DNA of 64,000 nucleotides from an uncultured Pelagibacteraceae bacterium (GCA_902633595.1 CACPGV010000001.1:6977-70976); one strand, 5' to 3'; positions 21,657 through 34,320 are shown, numbered from the stretch's first letter. Numbers and translations are program-made. The notes: a model not told the origin generated them from the sequence alone.

Positions 21657-21896
21657 TTATTTTGTGTTATGTGATCCATCACATAAAGGTTGATCTTTAG
21701 TTAATTTACAAGTACAGAAAAAAACTTTTTTAGACTGATCTGCTTTGTATTGTAATGGAGCGAAGTCTGATCCTTTGTGAGAACCATCGCAAAATGGTTG
21801 TTTAGAACTTTTTCCACAAGTGCACCAATAATATGATTTTCCCTCCTCCACATCTACCCCAATTGGTGTATCACCTGCTCTTTGACTTCCTGACAT
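21657..21896 (-). CDS. CDGSH iron-sulfur domain protein (two CDGSH motifs)
   Basis: WCTCGKS..QPFCDGSH and FCTCK.T..QPLCDGSH; start MSGSQ after GGAG. Confidence 0.93.
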   Translation of the reverse strand: MSGSQRAGDTPIGVDVEEGKSYYWCTCGKSSKQPFCDGSHKGSDFAPLQYKADQSKKVFFCTCKLTKDQPLCDGSHNTK

Positions 21897-21947
21897 AATT
21901 AAGCTCCTTTGATTAATCAAATTTTACTTATAGTATAATAATATTAA

Positions 21948-22658
21948 ATGAATATTAGATTATATAATCCTGACAGTATAGAAGAAAATTCTACTAACCT
22001 ATTATCAAAAGAGCATACCCATTATGTAGTTAATGTAATGAGATTAAAACGAGGTTCAAATATTAATTTTTTTAATTCAGAAGGTGAATGGAAAAGTGAA
22101 ATTGTTTTTTTAGATAAAGATAGAGTTGAAGTAAAGATAATAGAAAAAATAAAACAACCAAAGGGATTATCTAGTATTGAACTAGCGATCTGTTTAGTTA
22201 AAAAAAATCCAATGGAGATTATACTGCAAAAGGCCACAGAACTTGGGGTAAGCAAAATAACCCCAATCATATCTGAGAGAACTGAAGTAAAAGAATTAAA
22301 TTACGATAGAGCTAATAAAATTGTAATTGAAGCCACAGAACAATCGAATCAGCTAAGTCCTCCAAAAATATTTGAAGTGACAAAACTAAGAGATTTTTTA
22401 AATAATCTTGATGGAACTTCAAAATTATTATTTGCTGACGTGAATTCAAAAAAGAATTTAAACGCTGAAACATTAAAGCAAGGTAATCCAATTACAGTTT
22501 TAATCGGTCCAGAAGGGGACTTTTCTCCATCTGAAAGGCACTTTATCCTCGGAAATTCAAACGTAACTTCGTTTACAATATCTAGAAACATTCTAAGGTC
22601 GGATACAGCTGTAATTAGCGCTATTTCATTAGTTAATTTTATCAAAAACTCTTATTAA
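21948..22658 (+). CDS. rsmE: 16S rRNA m3U1498 methyltransferase
   Basis: H...VMR, QKATELGV, EATEQS, IGPEGDFS, ILRSDTA. Confidence 0.95.
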   Translation: MNIRLYNPDSIEENSTNLLSKEHTHYVVNVMRLKRGSNINFFNSEGEWKSEIVFLDKDRVEVKIIEKIKQPKGLSSIELAICLVKKNPMEIILQKATELGVSKITPIISERTEVKELNYDRANKIVIEATEQSNQLSPPKIFEVTKLRDFLNNLDGTSKLLFADVNSKKNLNAETLKQGNPITVLIGPEGDFSPSERHFILGNSNVTSFTISRNILRSDTAVISAISLVNFIKNSY

Positions 22659-22709
22659 TTGTCGCATTAATTGAAATTGTTAAATTGTCTAAAAGCTGTA
22701 TAAAAACTT

Positions 22710-25138
<2,429 letters not shown>

Positions 25139-25139
25139 A

Positions 25140-26063
25140 TTGAACCAAGCACTTTCAAAGATAAAGAACTCTAAAGTAAGTTTAGTTTTTGATCTAAATT
25201 CATTTTTTAATTTAATGAAGCCAAGAGTAATGTCTCTTGTTTTATTTACTTGTATGGTCGGACTATTAATTGCTCCAAATAATGTTGATTTAAAAACTTC
25301 TTTAATTTCATTGTTAGCAGTCGCAATTGGTTCTGGCGCAGCAGGAGCGTTAAATATGTGGTACGAATCTGATCTTGATGCTTTAATGAGCAGGACTTGT
25401 CTTAGACCAATACCAACAGGAAAAGTAAAAAGAAATCAGGCATTGTATTTTGGAGTTATCCTTTCAGTAATTTCAATTTTAACTCTTTACTATTCTGCTA
25501 ATTTAGTATCAGCAGTTTTGTTAGCCTCAACAATCGGATTTTATTTTTTTATTTATACTATTTGGCTTAAAAGAAAGACTCCTCAAAATATTGTTATTGG
25601 AGGTGCCGCAGGAGCGTTGCCTCCAGTCATTGGATGGACGATTGCTACAGGCACAATTTCAATCGAACCAATAATACTTTTTTTAATTATTTTTCTTTGG
25701 ACGCCTTCTCATTTTTGGGCATTAAGTTTGTATAAGTCAGGTGATTATAAAAAAGCCAAGATACCTATGCTACCAGTTATAGCTGGAACAAAAACAACAA
25801 AAACAAATATACTATTGTATTCATTTGCAATGTTACCAATTATTATAGCCCCATATTTTTTTAATTTTGCTGGTTTATTTTACTTAACAATAGCTTTAAT
25901 AACGACCCTTTATTACAACTATTTATGCTTTGAATTATTTAAATCAAAAATAATAAAAACGTCAAATAAGATTGCGAGAAAAGTATTTGTTTATTCGATT
26001 TTTTATTTATTTTTTATTTATTTAGTTTTACTAATCGATAATGCTAAAGAGTTTTTATTATGA
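25140..26063 (+). CDS. ctaB: Heme o synthase (protoheme IX farnesyltransferase)
   Basis: KPRVM, D.D..M.RT..RP, LKR.TPQNIVIGGAAGA, WTP.HFWAL. Confidence 0.96.
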   Translation: MNQALSKIKNSKVSLVFDLNSFFNLMKPRVMSLVLFTCMVGLLIAPNNVDLKTSLISLLAVAIGSGAAGALNMWYESDLDALMSRTCLRPIPTGKVKRNQALYFGVILSVISILTLYYSANLVSAVLLASTIGFYFFIYTIWLKRKTPQNIVIGGAAGALPPVIGWTIATGTISIEPIILFLIIFLWTPSHFWALSLYKSGDYKKAKIPMLPVIAGTKTTKTNILLYSFAMLPIIIAPYFFNFAGLFYLTIALITTLYYNYLCFELFKSKIIKTSNKIARKVFVYSIFYLFFIYLVLLIDNAKEFLL

Positions 26064-26170
26064 GCAAAAAAAAGAAAAATATAATAACAGCAATATTATT
26101 AATACTTTTTATGATTTTTTTATTTGCTCTTACATTTTATAATATTGGAATTTATAATAGAGAGCTTTAA
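26060..26170 (+). CDS. 36-aa single-TM small protein in cox operon (not in ORF track)
   Basis: MSKKKKNIITAILLILFMIFLFALTFYNIGIYNREL*; ATGA overlap with ctaB, TAATG overlap with ctaG. Confidence 0.8.
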   Translation: MSKKKKNIITAILLILFMIFLFALTFYNIGIYNREL

Positions 26171-26721
26171 TGACAATTAATAAAAGAAATTTAACACCAA
26201 TAGCCTTAGTTTCCATATTCTTATTGATGTTGAGTTTATCATTTGCTGCAGTTCCTTTGTACGACTTATTTTGTAGGGTAACAGGTTTTGGTGGTACAAC
26301 TCAAAATGCATCGGAAAAAGAAATACCAAAAATAATAATTAATCAAGATTATAAAATGAGATTTGATACAAATGTACATAGCACATCAGATTGGAACTTT
26401 TTTCCAGAGAAAAATACAATAGATCTAAAACCTGGAGAAGTACACACAGTGAAATTCAATGTTGAAAACCCAAGCAATCAGATATCTTCTGGCTCAGCAT
26501 CTTTCAATGTGTCTCCCTCTTCATTTGGAAAATATTTAAATAAGATTGGCTGTTTTTGTTTTGAAAAACAAACATTAAAACCTAATGAGAGCCAAGAATT
26601 TGCTTTAACATTTTTCTTGGATCCGAAAGTAGTTGATGATAATAAAACGAAGAATATTTCTGATGTAACTCTATCTTTTACTTTCTTTGCATCGGAATTT
26701 TACGAAAAGGGTAAAATTTGA
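26170..26721 (+). CDS. ctaG: Cytochrome c oxidase copper assembly protein Cox11/CtaG
   Basis: AVPLY..FC.VTGFGG, CFCF. Confidence 0.96.
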   Translation: MTINKRNLTPIALVSIFLLMLSLSFAAVPLYDLFCRVTGFGGTTQNASEKEIPKIIINQDYKMRFDTNVHSTSDWNFFPEKNTIDLKPGEVHTVKFNVENPSNQISSGSASFNVSPSSFGKYLNKIGCFCFEKQTLKPNESQEFALTFFLDPKVVDDNKTKNISDVTLSFTFFASEFYEKGKI

Positions 26722-26723
26722 AT

Positions 26724-27515
26724 ATGTCGACAGATAAAAAAAAACACGATTTTCATTTAGTAGATCCTAGTCCTTGGCCTATTTATGTTTCGTTTGCAAC
26801 TTTAGTTTTAGCTGTTGGTGCAGTTTATTATTTTCATTCAAAAGCACTTTGGCTTTTGTTAGTTGGTTTTGCTTTAGTTATTTACGGAGCATTTATGTGG
26901 TGGAGAGATGTAATCGAAGAAGCAGAACATCAGGGCCATCATACCGAAATAGTACAAATTGGTCATCGATATGGGATGACACTTTTTATTGCTTCAGAAG
27001 TCATGTTTTTTGTAGCTTGGTTTTGGGCATATTTTAACGCGAGTTTATTTCCAACAGAGACAATAGGGGGGACTTGGCCACCACCTGATATAAAAACGTT
27101 TGATCCTTGGGACATACCTTTAATCAACACTTTAATTTTATTGTTATCAGGAACAACAGTAACTTGGGCGCACCATGCGATGCTTGAAAATGATAGAAAA
27201 GGTTTAGTTAATGGACTGATTGCAACTGTTTTTTTAGGTTTTATATTTTCATGTTTCCAAGCTTACGAGTATCATCATGCTACATTTACTATTGATGGAA
27301 ATATTTATGGCTCAACTTTTTATATGGCAACAGGTTTCCACGGGTTTCACGTAATCGTTGGAACAATCTTCTTAGCAGTATGTTTGTTTAGATCAATGAA
27401 AGGTCATTCAACACCAACTCATCATTTTGGTTTTGAAGCAGCTGCCTGGTATTGGCACTTTGTCGATGTAGTTTGGTTATTCCTTTTTGCTGCAATCTAT
27501 ATTTGGGGAAGTTAA
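26724..27515 (+). CDS. ctaE: Cytochrome c oxidase subunit III
   Basis: HLVDPSPWP, FIASEVMFF, TGFHGFHV, WYWHFVDVVW. Confidence 0.97.
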   Translation: MSTDKKKHDFHLVDPSPWPIYVSFATLVLAVGAVYYFHSKALWLLLVGFALVIYGAFMWWRDVIEEAEHQGHHTEIVQIGHRYGMTLFIASEVMFFVAWFWAYFNASLFPTETIGGTWPPPDIKTFDPWDIPLINTLILLLSGTTVTWAHHAMLENDRKGLVNGLIATVFLGFIFSCFQAYEYHHATFTIDGNIYGSTFYMATGFHGFHVIVGTIFLAVCLFRSMKGHSTPTHHFGFEAAAWYWHFVDVVWLFLFAAIYIWGS

Positions 27516-27522
27516 ACTCAAA

Positions 27523-28185
27523 TTGAAAAAAGCATTATTATTTCAATTATTTGTTATTTTCTTCATAACATTATTTTGTGCACTAGGCACTTGGCAACTT
27601 TACAGACTTCAGTGGAAATTAGAATTAATTAGCGAAATAACTTTTGGATTAGACTCTCAACCAGTAGAATACTCAAGTTCTATTAAAAAAAACTATCAAA
27701 GAATTAACGCTAAAGGAAAATTTGATTTCGATAAACAAATTTACCTTTATAGTTTGAATGAAAAAGGAAAACCAGGATACGATGTAGTGACTCCATTTAG
27801 AACAAATAAAAATGAAAATGTTCTAGTTAATAGAGGGTGGATAAATAAAGAACTTAAAGGTAACGCTAAGATAAATCTTAATACATCAGCCGAGCAAAAA
27901 ATTATCGGTCTTCTGAGAGAAATATATGAACCAAATATGTTTAAACCAGATAATGATATAAAAAATAATATTTGGTTTTCAATAAATTTAGAAGATCTGA
28001 AAGAGGCTACAGGAGAACAATTTAACGAGTTTGTAATTTTTTTGGAAGATAACCAAGTTAAGTCACCAATTCCTAAAAAGATCACCATTGATGTGCCAAA
28101 CAATCACCTCAAATATGCTATAACGTGGTATGCAATATCAATTTCTATAATTTTTTATTATTTATATTTTAGAAGAAAAAAATGA
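27523..28185 (+). CDS. surf1: SURF1/Shy1 family oxidase assembly protein
   Basis: LGTWQL.RL.WK, LVNRGW, NNHL.YA.TWY; likely TTG start at 27523. Confidence 0.92.
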   Translation: MKKALLFQLFVIFFITLFCALGTWQLYRLQWKLELISEITFGLDSQPVEYSSSIKKNYQRINAKGKFDFDKQIYLYSLNEKGKPGYDVVTPFRTNKNENVLVNRGWINKELKGNAKINLNTSAEQKIIGLLREIYEPNMFKPDNDIKNNIWFSINLEDLKEATGEQFNEFVIFLEDNQVKSPIPKKITIDVPNNHLKYAITWYAISISIIFYYLYFRRKK

Positions 28186-29558
28186 ATTATTTTAGCACTA
28201 GGGATAAATCTTTAAAATTTAGTTTTAAAGATATTTTCTTAAGAGGACTTGCACCAGGCGGAGGGTTATTTTTACCTGCTAAAATTAAGAAGTATAATCA
28301 AGAAGAACTAAATAATTTAAGTCAACTTAACTATAACGAACTTGCTACAGAAATTATCTTTAATTTCTGTTCAGGTGAAATTGAAAAGGAAGAACTTAGC
28401 TCACTGATACAAAAATCTTATAGTGGGTTTAAAGATAAAGAAGTAGTAAATTTAAAAAAGATTGGAGAGATCGATCTTCTTGAGCTTTATCGCGGGCCCA
28501 CTTTAGCTTTTAAAGATATTGCAATGCAGGTAATTGGCAATCTGTATGATTACTTAGAAGTCGCTAAAGATAAAACTGTAAATGTCGTGGTAGCTACATC
28601 AGGAGATACTGGTTCAGCTGCTATTGCAGCATTAAGTAATAGAAAAAATATAAATCTTTTTGTTCTACATCCTCATAATAAAATTTCTAATATTCAAAGA
28701 AAAATAATGACAACAATTGGTGGTGCTAATATTTATAATATTGCTATTGAGGGTTCATTTGATGATTGTCAAAAAATTGTAAAACAGCTCTTTAATGAAG
28801 ATAGTTTTAGATCAAAAATAAACATGTCTGGCGTAAATTCTATCAATTGGGCAAGAATTGTTTGTCAAATTGTTTATTATTTTTATTCTTTTTTTAAATT
28901 AAAAAAAAACAATATTAGCTTTTCTGTACCAACTGGTAATTTTGGAGATATCTATGCTGGATATGTGGCAAAAAAAATGGGTTTACCAATTAATAAACTT
29001 ATAGTTGCTACAAATAAAAATGATATTTTACAAAGAGTTATTAATACAGGTGAATATAAACCTGATACAGTGAAAGCAACCATCACACCAAGCATGGATA
29101 TCCAAGTTGCCAGCAATTTTGAGAGGCTACTTTATTATATATTAGATGAAAGCGATAGTAAGGTAGGGTCATTAATGAATGATCTGTCATCTAAAAGTTT
29201 ATTCAATTTAGAAAAAAAGGAAATCGATAGAATAAAAAAAGATTTTGAAGCAGTAAAAGTTACAGATGAAGAGACAGTATCTATAATCAATGAGATATAT
29301 AAAGAGCATAAATTTATAATTGATCCCCATACTGCTACTGGCGTAGGCGCAGCAAAAAGTTTTAAAAATTTGAGAGATATAGTTGTTCTTGGTACAGCTC
29401 ATCCTTACAAGTTTAACGATACAATAAAAAAAGCTATAGGTAAAAATTTAGACTCACCTGAACATCTAAAATTGAATATAGATAAAAAGGAAACATTTGA
29501 TATTATTGGGAATTCAAATTCAGAAGTAAAAAATTATATTTTGGGTAAAATACAATGA
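28182..29558 (+). CDS. thrC: Threonine synthase
   Basis: GLAP.GGLF.P, GPTLAFKD, ATSGDTG, NSINWAR, PTGNFG, DPHTA. Confidence 0.97.
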   Translation: MNYFSTRDKSLKFSFKDIFLRGLAPGGGLFLPAKIKKYNQEELNNLSQLNYNELATEIIFNFCSGEIEKEELSSLIQKSYSGFKDKEVVNLKKIGEIDLLELYRGPTLAFKDIAMQVIGNLYDYLEVAKDKTVNVVVATSGDTGSAAIAALSNRKNINLFVLHPHNKISNIQRKIMTTIGGANIYNIAIEGSFDDCQKIVKQLFNEDSFRSKINMSGVNSINWARIVCQIVYYFYSFFKLKKNNISFSVPTGNFGDIYAGYVAKKMGLPINKLIVATNKNDILQRVINTGEYKPDTVKATITPSMDIQVASNFERLLYYILDESDSKVGSLMNDLSSKSLFNLEKKEIDRIKKDFEAVKVTDEETVSIINEIYKEHKFIIDPHTATGVGAAKSFKNLRDIVVLGTAHPYKFNDTIKKAIGKNLDSPEHLKLNIDKKETFDIIGNSNSEVKNYILGKIQ

Positions 29559-30040
29559 GAATAAAAATAGGAGACAAACTACCTAACTCGGAATTATTTT
29601 ATCTTGACCAAAATAATGATGTAAAAAAAATTGATCTCTTAGATCTTTGTACAGGTAAGATTATTATTTTAGGTATGCCTGGAGCTTTTACTAAAACTTG
29701 TTCAGCTCGTCATCTTCCTGGGTACGTAAAAAATTACGAGTTGGCTACTAAAAAAGGAATTTCAAAAATTATATGTATCGCTGTAAATGATCCAAATGTT
29801 ATGAAGGCTTGGGGAGAAAATCAAAATGCTGGAGGTAAAATTTTCATGGCTGGAGATCCATTTCTTAAATTTACTAAAGCTATAGGAGCAGAAGTAGACA
29901 AGTCAGAAAAAGGATTAGGAATTAGATCAAATAGATACACTATGCTTGTGGAGAATGGCGAAGTTAAAAAAGTAGAGGAAGAAAAAGAAACAGCTACTTG
30001 CGAACTATCTGCTGCTGAGAATTTTTTAAAATCTATTTAG
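29555..30040 (+). CDS. Peroxiredoxin (Prx5 type)
   Basis: PGAFT.TCS..HLP, VND..VM.AW, RS.RY. Confidence 0.93.
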   Translation: MRIKIGDKLPNSELFYLDQNNDVKKIDLLDLCTGKIIILGMPGAFTKTCSARHLPGYVKNYELATKKGISKIICIAVNDPNVMKAWGENQNAGGKIFMAGDPFLKFTKAIGAEVDKSEKGLGIRSNRYTMLVENGEVKKVEEEKETATCELSAAENFLKSI

Positions 30041-30455
30041 TCTCTGAAACTGCTAATTCATCAACAAGATTATTATATTTGTTGTCAGCGTGAGCTTTAA
30101 CCCATTTCCAAGTAATTTTATGTTTTAGACAAGCATTGTCCAATTTCACCCATAAATCTTTATTTTTAACTGGTTTCTTACTTGCACTTTTCCAATTATT
30201 TTGTTTCCATTTTTTAATCCAATCAGTAATTCCGTCTTTCACGTACTTTGAGTCAGTAAAAATTGTTATTTCTGATTTCTTTTTTATTTTTTTTAATGCC
30301 ATAATTGGAGCCATTAATTCCATCCTATTATTAGTTGTATTTTTTTCGCCTCCAGAAATACTTGATTGGTTAGTATCATCTAATATGATCGCTGCCCAAC
30401 CTCCTTTCCCAGGGTTACCTGAGCAAGCACCATCTGTATAAATTTTTAATTTCAT
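30033..30455 (-). CDS. rnhA: Ribonuclease HI
   Basis: YTDGACSGNPG.GGW, TTNNRMEL, TDS.YV, WVKAH. Confidence 0.97.
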   Translation of the reverse strand: MKLKIYTDGACSGNPGKGGWAAIILDDTNQSSISGGEKNTTNNRMELMAPIMALKKIKKKSEITIFTDSKYVKDGITDWIKKWKQNNWKSASKKPVKNKDLWVKLDNACLKHKITWKWVKAHADNKYNNLVDELAVSETK

Positions 30456-31423
30456 TAAAAAAAATAATCCTCATGATTTTTTGCATTCTTGTGAAATTCT
30501 AATCTTTTTAAATACTCCATCGGATCTTTAATTTTAACTATTGCTCCTTCTACCTTATTTAACGCATCGAATACTCGAGTTAGCAAAAATCTTAAAGCAG
30601 CGCCTTGAGATAAAACCTTAATATTATTCAATTCTTCGTCAGACAATTTTCTTACAGATGTATATCCATCTATAAAATTCTTTGCTTTAGTAACGTTAAA
30701 ACTTAAATTGCTTTTTAGACCGTCAAAACACAAAGCGTTAAAGCAAATAGCTATTTCAAAAGCAAAAAAATCTTCACATGAGAAATAAAAGTCAATTACA
30801 CCGCTAAATTTATCTTGAATAAAAAAAATATTGTCGTGAAATAAATCTGCATGGATTATTCCTCTTGGCAGATTTTTTGGCCAATTTTTTTCAACATCAT
30901 TAAGATTTTCCTCAATTAATCTTGGCAAATCTTTATGTATATTTTCACACTTATCTTTAACTGAATTAAACAACTTTCTCCATGAATTGACTGAGAGATC
31001 ATTTTGTCGATTTAGTTTAAGACTCTTTGTGAGCTCATGCATTTTAGCTACCTCAGACCCAATTGTTTTACAGTTGGCAGGTGAAAGATTTTGTTTTGCT
31101 CTTCCTTCAAGAAACGTGACAATCATTAGTTTTTTTCCCTCAAAATTTGTAATAGTTTCATTATTATTATTTGAAATAGGGGCGGGGCATTTAAAGCTAG
31201 CTTTATTTAAAGATGACATTAAATCTGAAAAAAAAGGAAGATCAGCAGATCTAACTCTTTTTTCATAAATAGTTAGTATAAATTTTTTTTTGTTAATTGA
31301 TAAAAAATAATTTGTGTTTTCTATTCCTTCTTCAATACCTTCGAAAAAGTCTAACTTTCCTAAGTCGTAACTTAATAAAATTTCCTCAATTTTATTTTGA
31401 TTTAATTTTGTATAGACTGCCAT
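30455..31423 (-). CDS. thrB: Homoserine kinase type II
   Basis: MAVYT, GIENTNY, IHADLF.DN, IDFYF, AALRF.LTR. Confidence 0.95.
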   Translation of the reverse strand: MAVYTKLNQNKIEEILLSYDLGKLDFFEGIEEGIENTNYFLSINKKKFILTIYEKRVRSADLPFFSDLMSSLNKASFKCPAPISNNNNETITNFEGKKLMIVTFLEGRAKQNLSPANCKTIGSEVAKMHELTKSLKLNRQNDLSVNSWRKLFNSVKDKCENIHKDLPRLIEENLNDVEKNWPKNLPRGIIHADLFHDNIFFIQDKFSGVIDFYFSCEDFFAFEIAICFNALCFDGLKSNLSFNVTKAKNFIDGYTSVRKLSDEELNNIKVLSQGAALRFLLTRVFDALNKVEGAIVKIKDPMEYLKRLEFHKNAKNHEDYFF

Positions 31424-32367
31424 TAGTTAAGTTCTTTTGGTAATTTGAATACAACTTTTTCTTCTGCAACTACTACCTCTTCTATAGAAACTTTTCGATC
31501 CTTTTTTAAATTATTAAGCAATCCTTGAACTAATTTTTCTGGGGCTGAAGCACCTGAGGATATTCCAATAATATTAGAATTTTCTATTTCGTTAAAAGGA
31601 ATATCTTTTTCTGAGTGCATTAAATGAGAGTTATTACATCCTGCTTTTTTTGCTACTTCTACTAGTCTTACTGAATTAGATGAATTTCTACTTCCTACAA
31701 CAAAAAATATGTCACATTTTGAAGCAATTTCTTTTACAGCAGACTGGCGGTTTGTTGTTGCATAACAAATATCTTCTTTGACAGGACCTTTAATTTTAGG
31801 AAATTTATTTTTTAGGGCATCAATTATTTCAGCGGTATCGTCAACAGATAAAGTTGTTTGAGTAATATATGCCAAAGGTTTTTTAAAATCATTTGCTTTA
31901 AGATTTTCGGTATCACTTTTTGTTTCAATTAATTTAATAGACCCTTTAGGAAGTTGTCCCATTGTACCAATAACTTCTGGATGATCTTTATGGCCAATTA
32001 ATAATATATCAAAACCATTTTTATTTAGTTGTTCAGATTCTCTATGAACTTTAGAAACTAATGGACAAGTAGCATCTACGTAAGATAATTTTTTAAATTT
32101 TGCTTCCTCAGGAACTGATTTAGGAACACCATGTGCTGAAAAAATAACTGGTCTACTTGTGTCCCTAATGTCTGAAAGCTCATCTACGAATATTGCACCT
32201 TTTTCTTTTAATTCATCAACAACTTGTTTGTTGTGTACAATTTCATGTCTTACATAAACGGGAGTTCCAAATTTATCTATAGCTTTCTCGACAATCTCAA
32301 TTGCTCTTTTAACTCCAGCACAGAATCCTCTGGGAGATGCTAAATAAACTTTAAGTTCTTTTTTCAT
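31423..32367 (-). CDS. ispH: HMBPP reductase
   Basis: PRGFCAGV, HEIVHN, DATCPLV, QTTLS, ICYAT.NRQ, SSNS. Confidence 0.98.
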   Translation of the reverse strand: MKKELKVYLASPRGFCAGVKRAIEIVEKAIDKFGTPVYVRHEIVHNKQVVDELKEKGAIFVDELSDIRDTSRPVIFSAHGVPKSVPEEAKFKKLSYVDATCPLVSKVHRESEQLNKNGFDILLIGHKDHPEVIGTMGQLPKGSIKLIETKSDTENLKANDFKKPLAYITQTTLSVDDTAEIIDALKNKFPKIKGPVKEDICYATTNRQSAVKEIASKCDIFFVVGSRNSSNSVRLVEVAKKAGCNNSHLMHSEKDIPFNEIENSNIIGISSGASAPEKLVQGLLNNLKKDRKVSIEEVVVAEEKVVFKLPKELN

Positions 32368-33256
32368 TCTTTTCTAAAAGGTATTCAAGCAATATATGCG
32401 GAAAAGTTAGAGACGCCAAACCAATAAAAATTACCTTATAAATAGCCTCGTCGAGCTTATAAAAATTATTTAAAAAAAATATTGCTAATAAAAATATTAC
32501 ACCAGTGACCAGCGTTAAAGGAATTGCCCTACTAGTAAATTTTCTAAGTCCACTTTTAATAGATTTATCTAATTCAAAAATCAATTTAATAGAATGTCTT
32601 ATAGAATGTAGAAAGCAAAAATAAAGTGTAAAAGCTAATACAGGCGTTAAGAAAAAATTTAATATAAATAATGAAAAAAAATCCATAACCATAATTCCAA
32701 TAAGGTTAGCATTCTTTTTTTGTGAAATATATAAAGACGATAAAAAGCTTAAAAATAATGTCACTATCAAAAATTGATCTGTGAAAATTGATAATTCAAA
32801 TACATTAAAATTTAAAATTCTAAATATTTCAATCGTTTCAGCTTTTTTTAATAATAGAGGCATTAAGATAACTGATGAACCTTTAAAAAAAAATAAAAAT
32901 TCAGATATCAAAAACTTTCTTTTAAAAGAAAACACCGTATCTTCTTTTCCAAAATGATAAGACGCAACAACTAGAAATATAAATAAGACAGTATTAGGAA
33001 AACACAACCAGCTAGCTATAATTAAAATAGAGATAAATATATATGCAAGATAAAAATAAACACTAGATTTATAACCAAATATTTTAAAAAGTTTTTTTCC
33101 TTTAATGTTATCTAAAGCCCCATGAGAAATCCCAAGAATTAATATTAAGAATAAACAAAATATTATTGGTTCAAAATTTACTATGAAATAAAATGGACTA
33201 ATCAAAATACAAAAATTGAAAAATATAACCGAGTGTTTGAAGCTTATTCTTTCCAT
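32351..33256 (-). CDS. blh: Beta-carotene 15,15'-dioxygenase (Blh/Brp), retinal-forming
   Basis: GISHGALD, YHFG..D, YFC.LHS.RH, LTFPH in a multi-TM protein after crt genes. Confidence 0.94.
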   Translation of the reverse strand: MERISFKHSVIFFNFCILISPFYFIVNFEPIIFCLFLILILGISHGALDNIKGKKLFKIFGYKSSVYFYLAYIFISILIIASWLCFPNTVLFIFLVVASYHFGKEDTVFSFKRKFLISEFLFFFKGSSVILMPLLLKKAETIEIFRILNFNVFELSIFTDQFLIVTLFLSFLSSLYISQKKNANLIGIMVMDFFSLFILNFFLTPVLAFTLYFCFLHSIRHSIKLIFELDKSIKSGLRKFTSRAIPLTLVTGVIFLLAIFFLNNFYKLDEAIYKVIFIGLASLTFPHILLEYLLEKNEKRT

Positions 33257-34320
33257 TAATTAAATAGCGCTTTTATAAAAATAAATTTAGGCATTTTACT
33301 TATAATATTAATATCTTCAAAAATATTACTTTTATTAGATAAAAATTTTATGAGAGTATCCGAGGGAGCTTTAAACATTTCAAAGAAAATCTTTGGCATT
33401 TTCTCTGGATGCTTTTCTAAAACTCTTAGAAATACTTTATCTAAGAATTGGTATTTTTTTTCTAAGCTAAATGTTTTTACTTTTTCAATTTTATCTAAAT
33501 TTTTCACAATATATTTACTATGCTCTTGTATATTTAAAAAGGTATATCCCGTACTCAACCTAGTCATACCACCAGCAGAACCAATATTAATTTTATTTTC
33601 ATTTTTTAAAGAAGGGTAAAATAAAGGAATAGCACCTTTTTCTAAAAAATTTATTTTATAATTTTTAATTCCCAAATTATTTTTAATATAGTTATCTAAT
33701 TGTAAGTCATAATCCATAAGATTTTGATCCTCCAAATTTGATAACCAAGTTGTTTCAACTAAAGCTTTATTTTTACTAAATGGAAGTGTGTAAAAAAAAT
33801 GTACATCATTTCTTTGATCACAATTGAAATCCATAAGATTTAAAATTTCATCATCAAAAACATCTTTTGGTGTTTCAATTTCTAAGCCCTGAAAATGTTG
33901 CCATAGCTGAGATTTATCTAGCTCATCTTTTATCACACTATTAAAAATTAATGAATTTTCAGATTTAATTTCATCCAAATTTTCAAAAAAATTGACGTTA
34001 GGGTTACTAGAAAGTTTCAAATTAATTTTCTCGTAAAATTTGCCACTATCGATACTTTGGTAAGGATATTTATCATTCTTTAATTCTCGAAAACCCTCTG
34101 AGGTATTTATTGTAAAATTATTCCAACTTTTAATTACACAATCTTCAAAGTTATGATCAAAAACTTTCCAGAAAGACCAAGTTTTATCTCGTTTATACTC
34201 TTTACGCAGTTCAATTATAGCTAAAGTTTTATCTTTTAATTTATTACTAATCTCAAGTTCATAAGCTAAAGATAATCCCGCACAACCTCCACCTATAATT
34301 ACATAATCAAATTCTTTCAT
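33256..34320 (-). CDS. crtY: Lycopene beta-cyclase
   Basis: IIGGGCAGLSLA, DKTWSFW, MDF, FFYTLP, E.GAIP, STGY. Confidence 0.9.
   Translation of the reverse strand: MKEFDYVIIGGGCAGLSLAYELEISNKLKDKTLAIIELRKEYKRDKTWSFWKVFDHNFEDCVIKSWNNFTINTSEGFRELKNDKYPYQSIDSGKFYEKINLKLSSNPNVNFFENLDEIKSENSLIFNSVIKDELDKSQLWQHFQGLEIETPKDVFDDEILNLMDFNCDQRNDVHFFYTLPFSKNKALVETTWLSNLEDQNLMDYDLQLDNYIKNNLGIKNYKINFLEKGAIPLFYPSLKNENKINIGSAGGMTRLSTGYTFLNIQEHSKYIVKNLDKIEKVKTFSLEKKYQFLDKVFLRVLEKHPEKMPKIFFEMFKAPSDTLIKFLSNKSNIFEDINIISKMPKFIFIKALFN

Noticed and set aside
21909-21920. FNR/FixK box
   Set aside because: TTGAT and ATCAA are separated by 2 nt, not the required 4
26774-27037. Cys-rich 87-aa ORF inside ctaE
   Set aside because: Off-frame reading of a conserved hydrophobic gene; no RBS or motif
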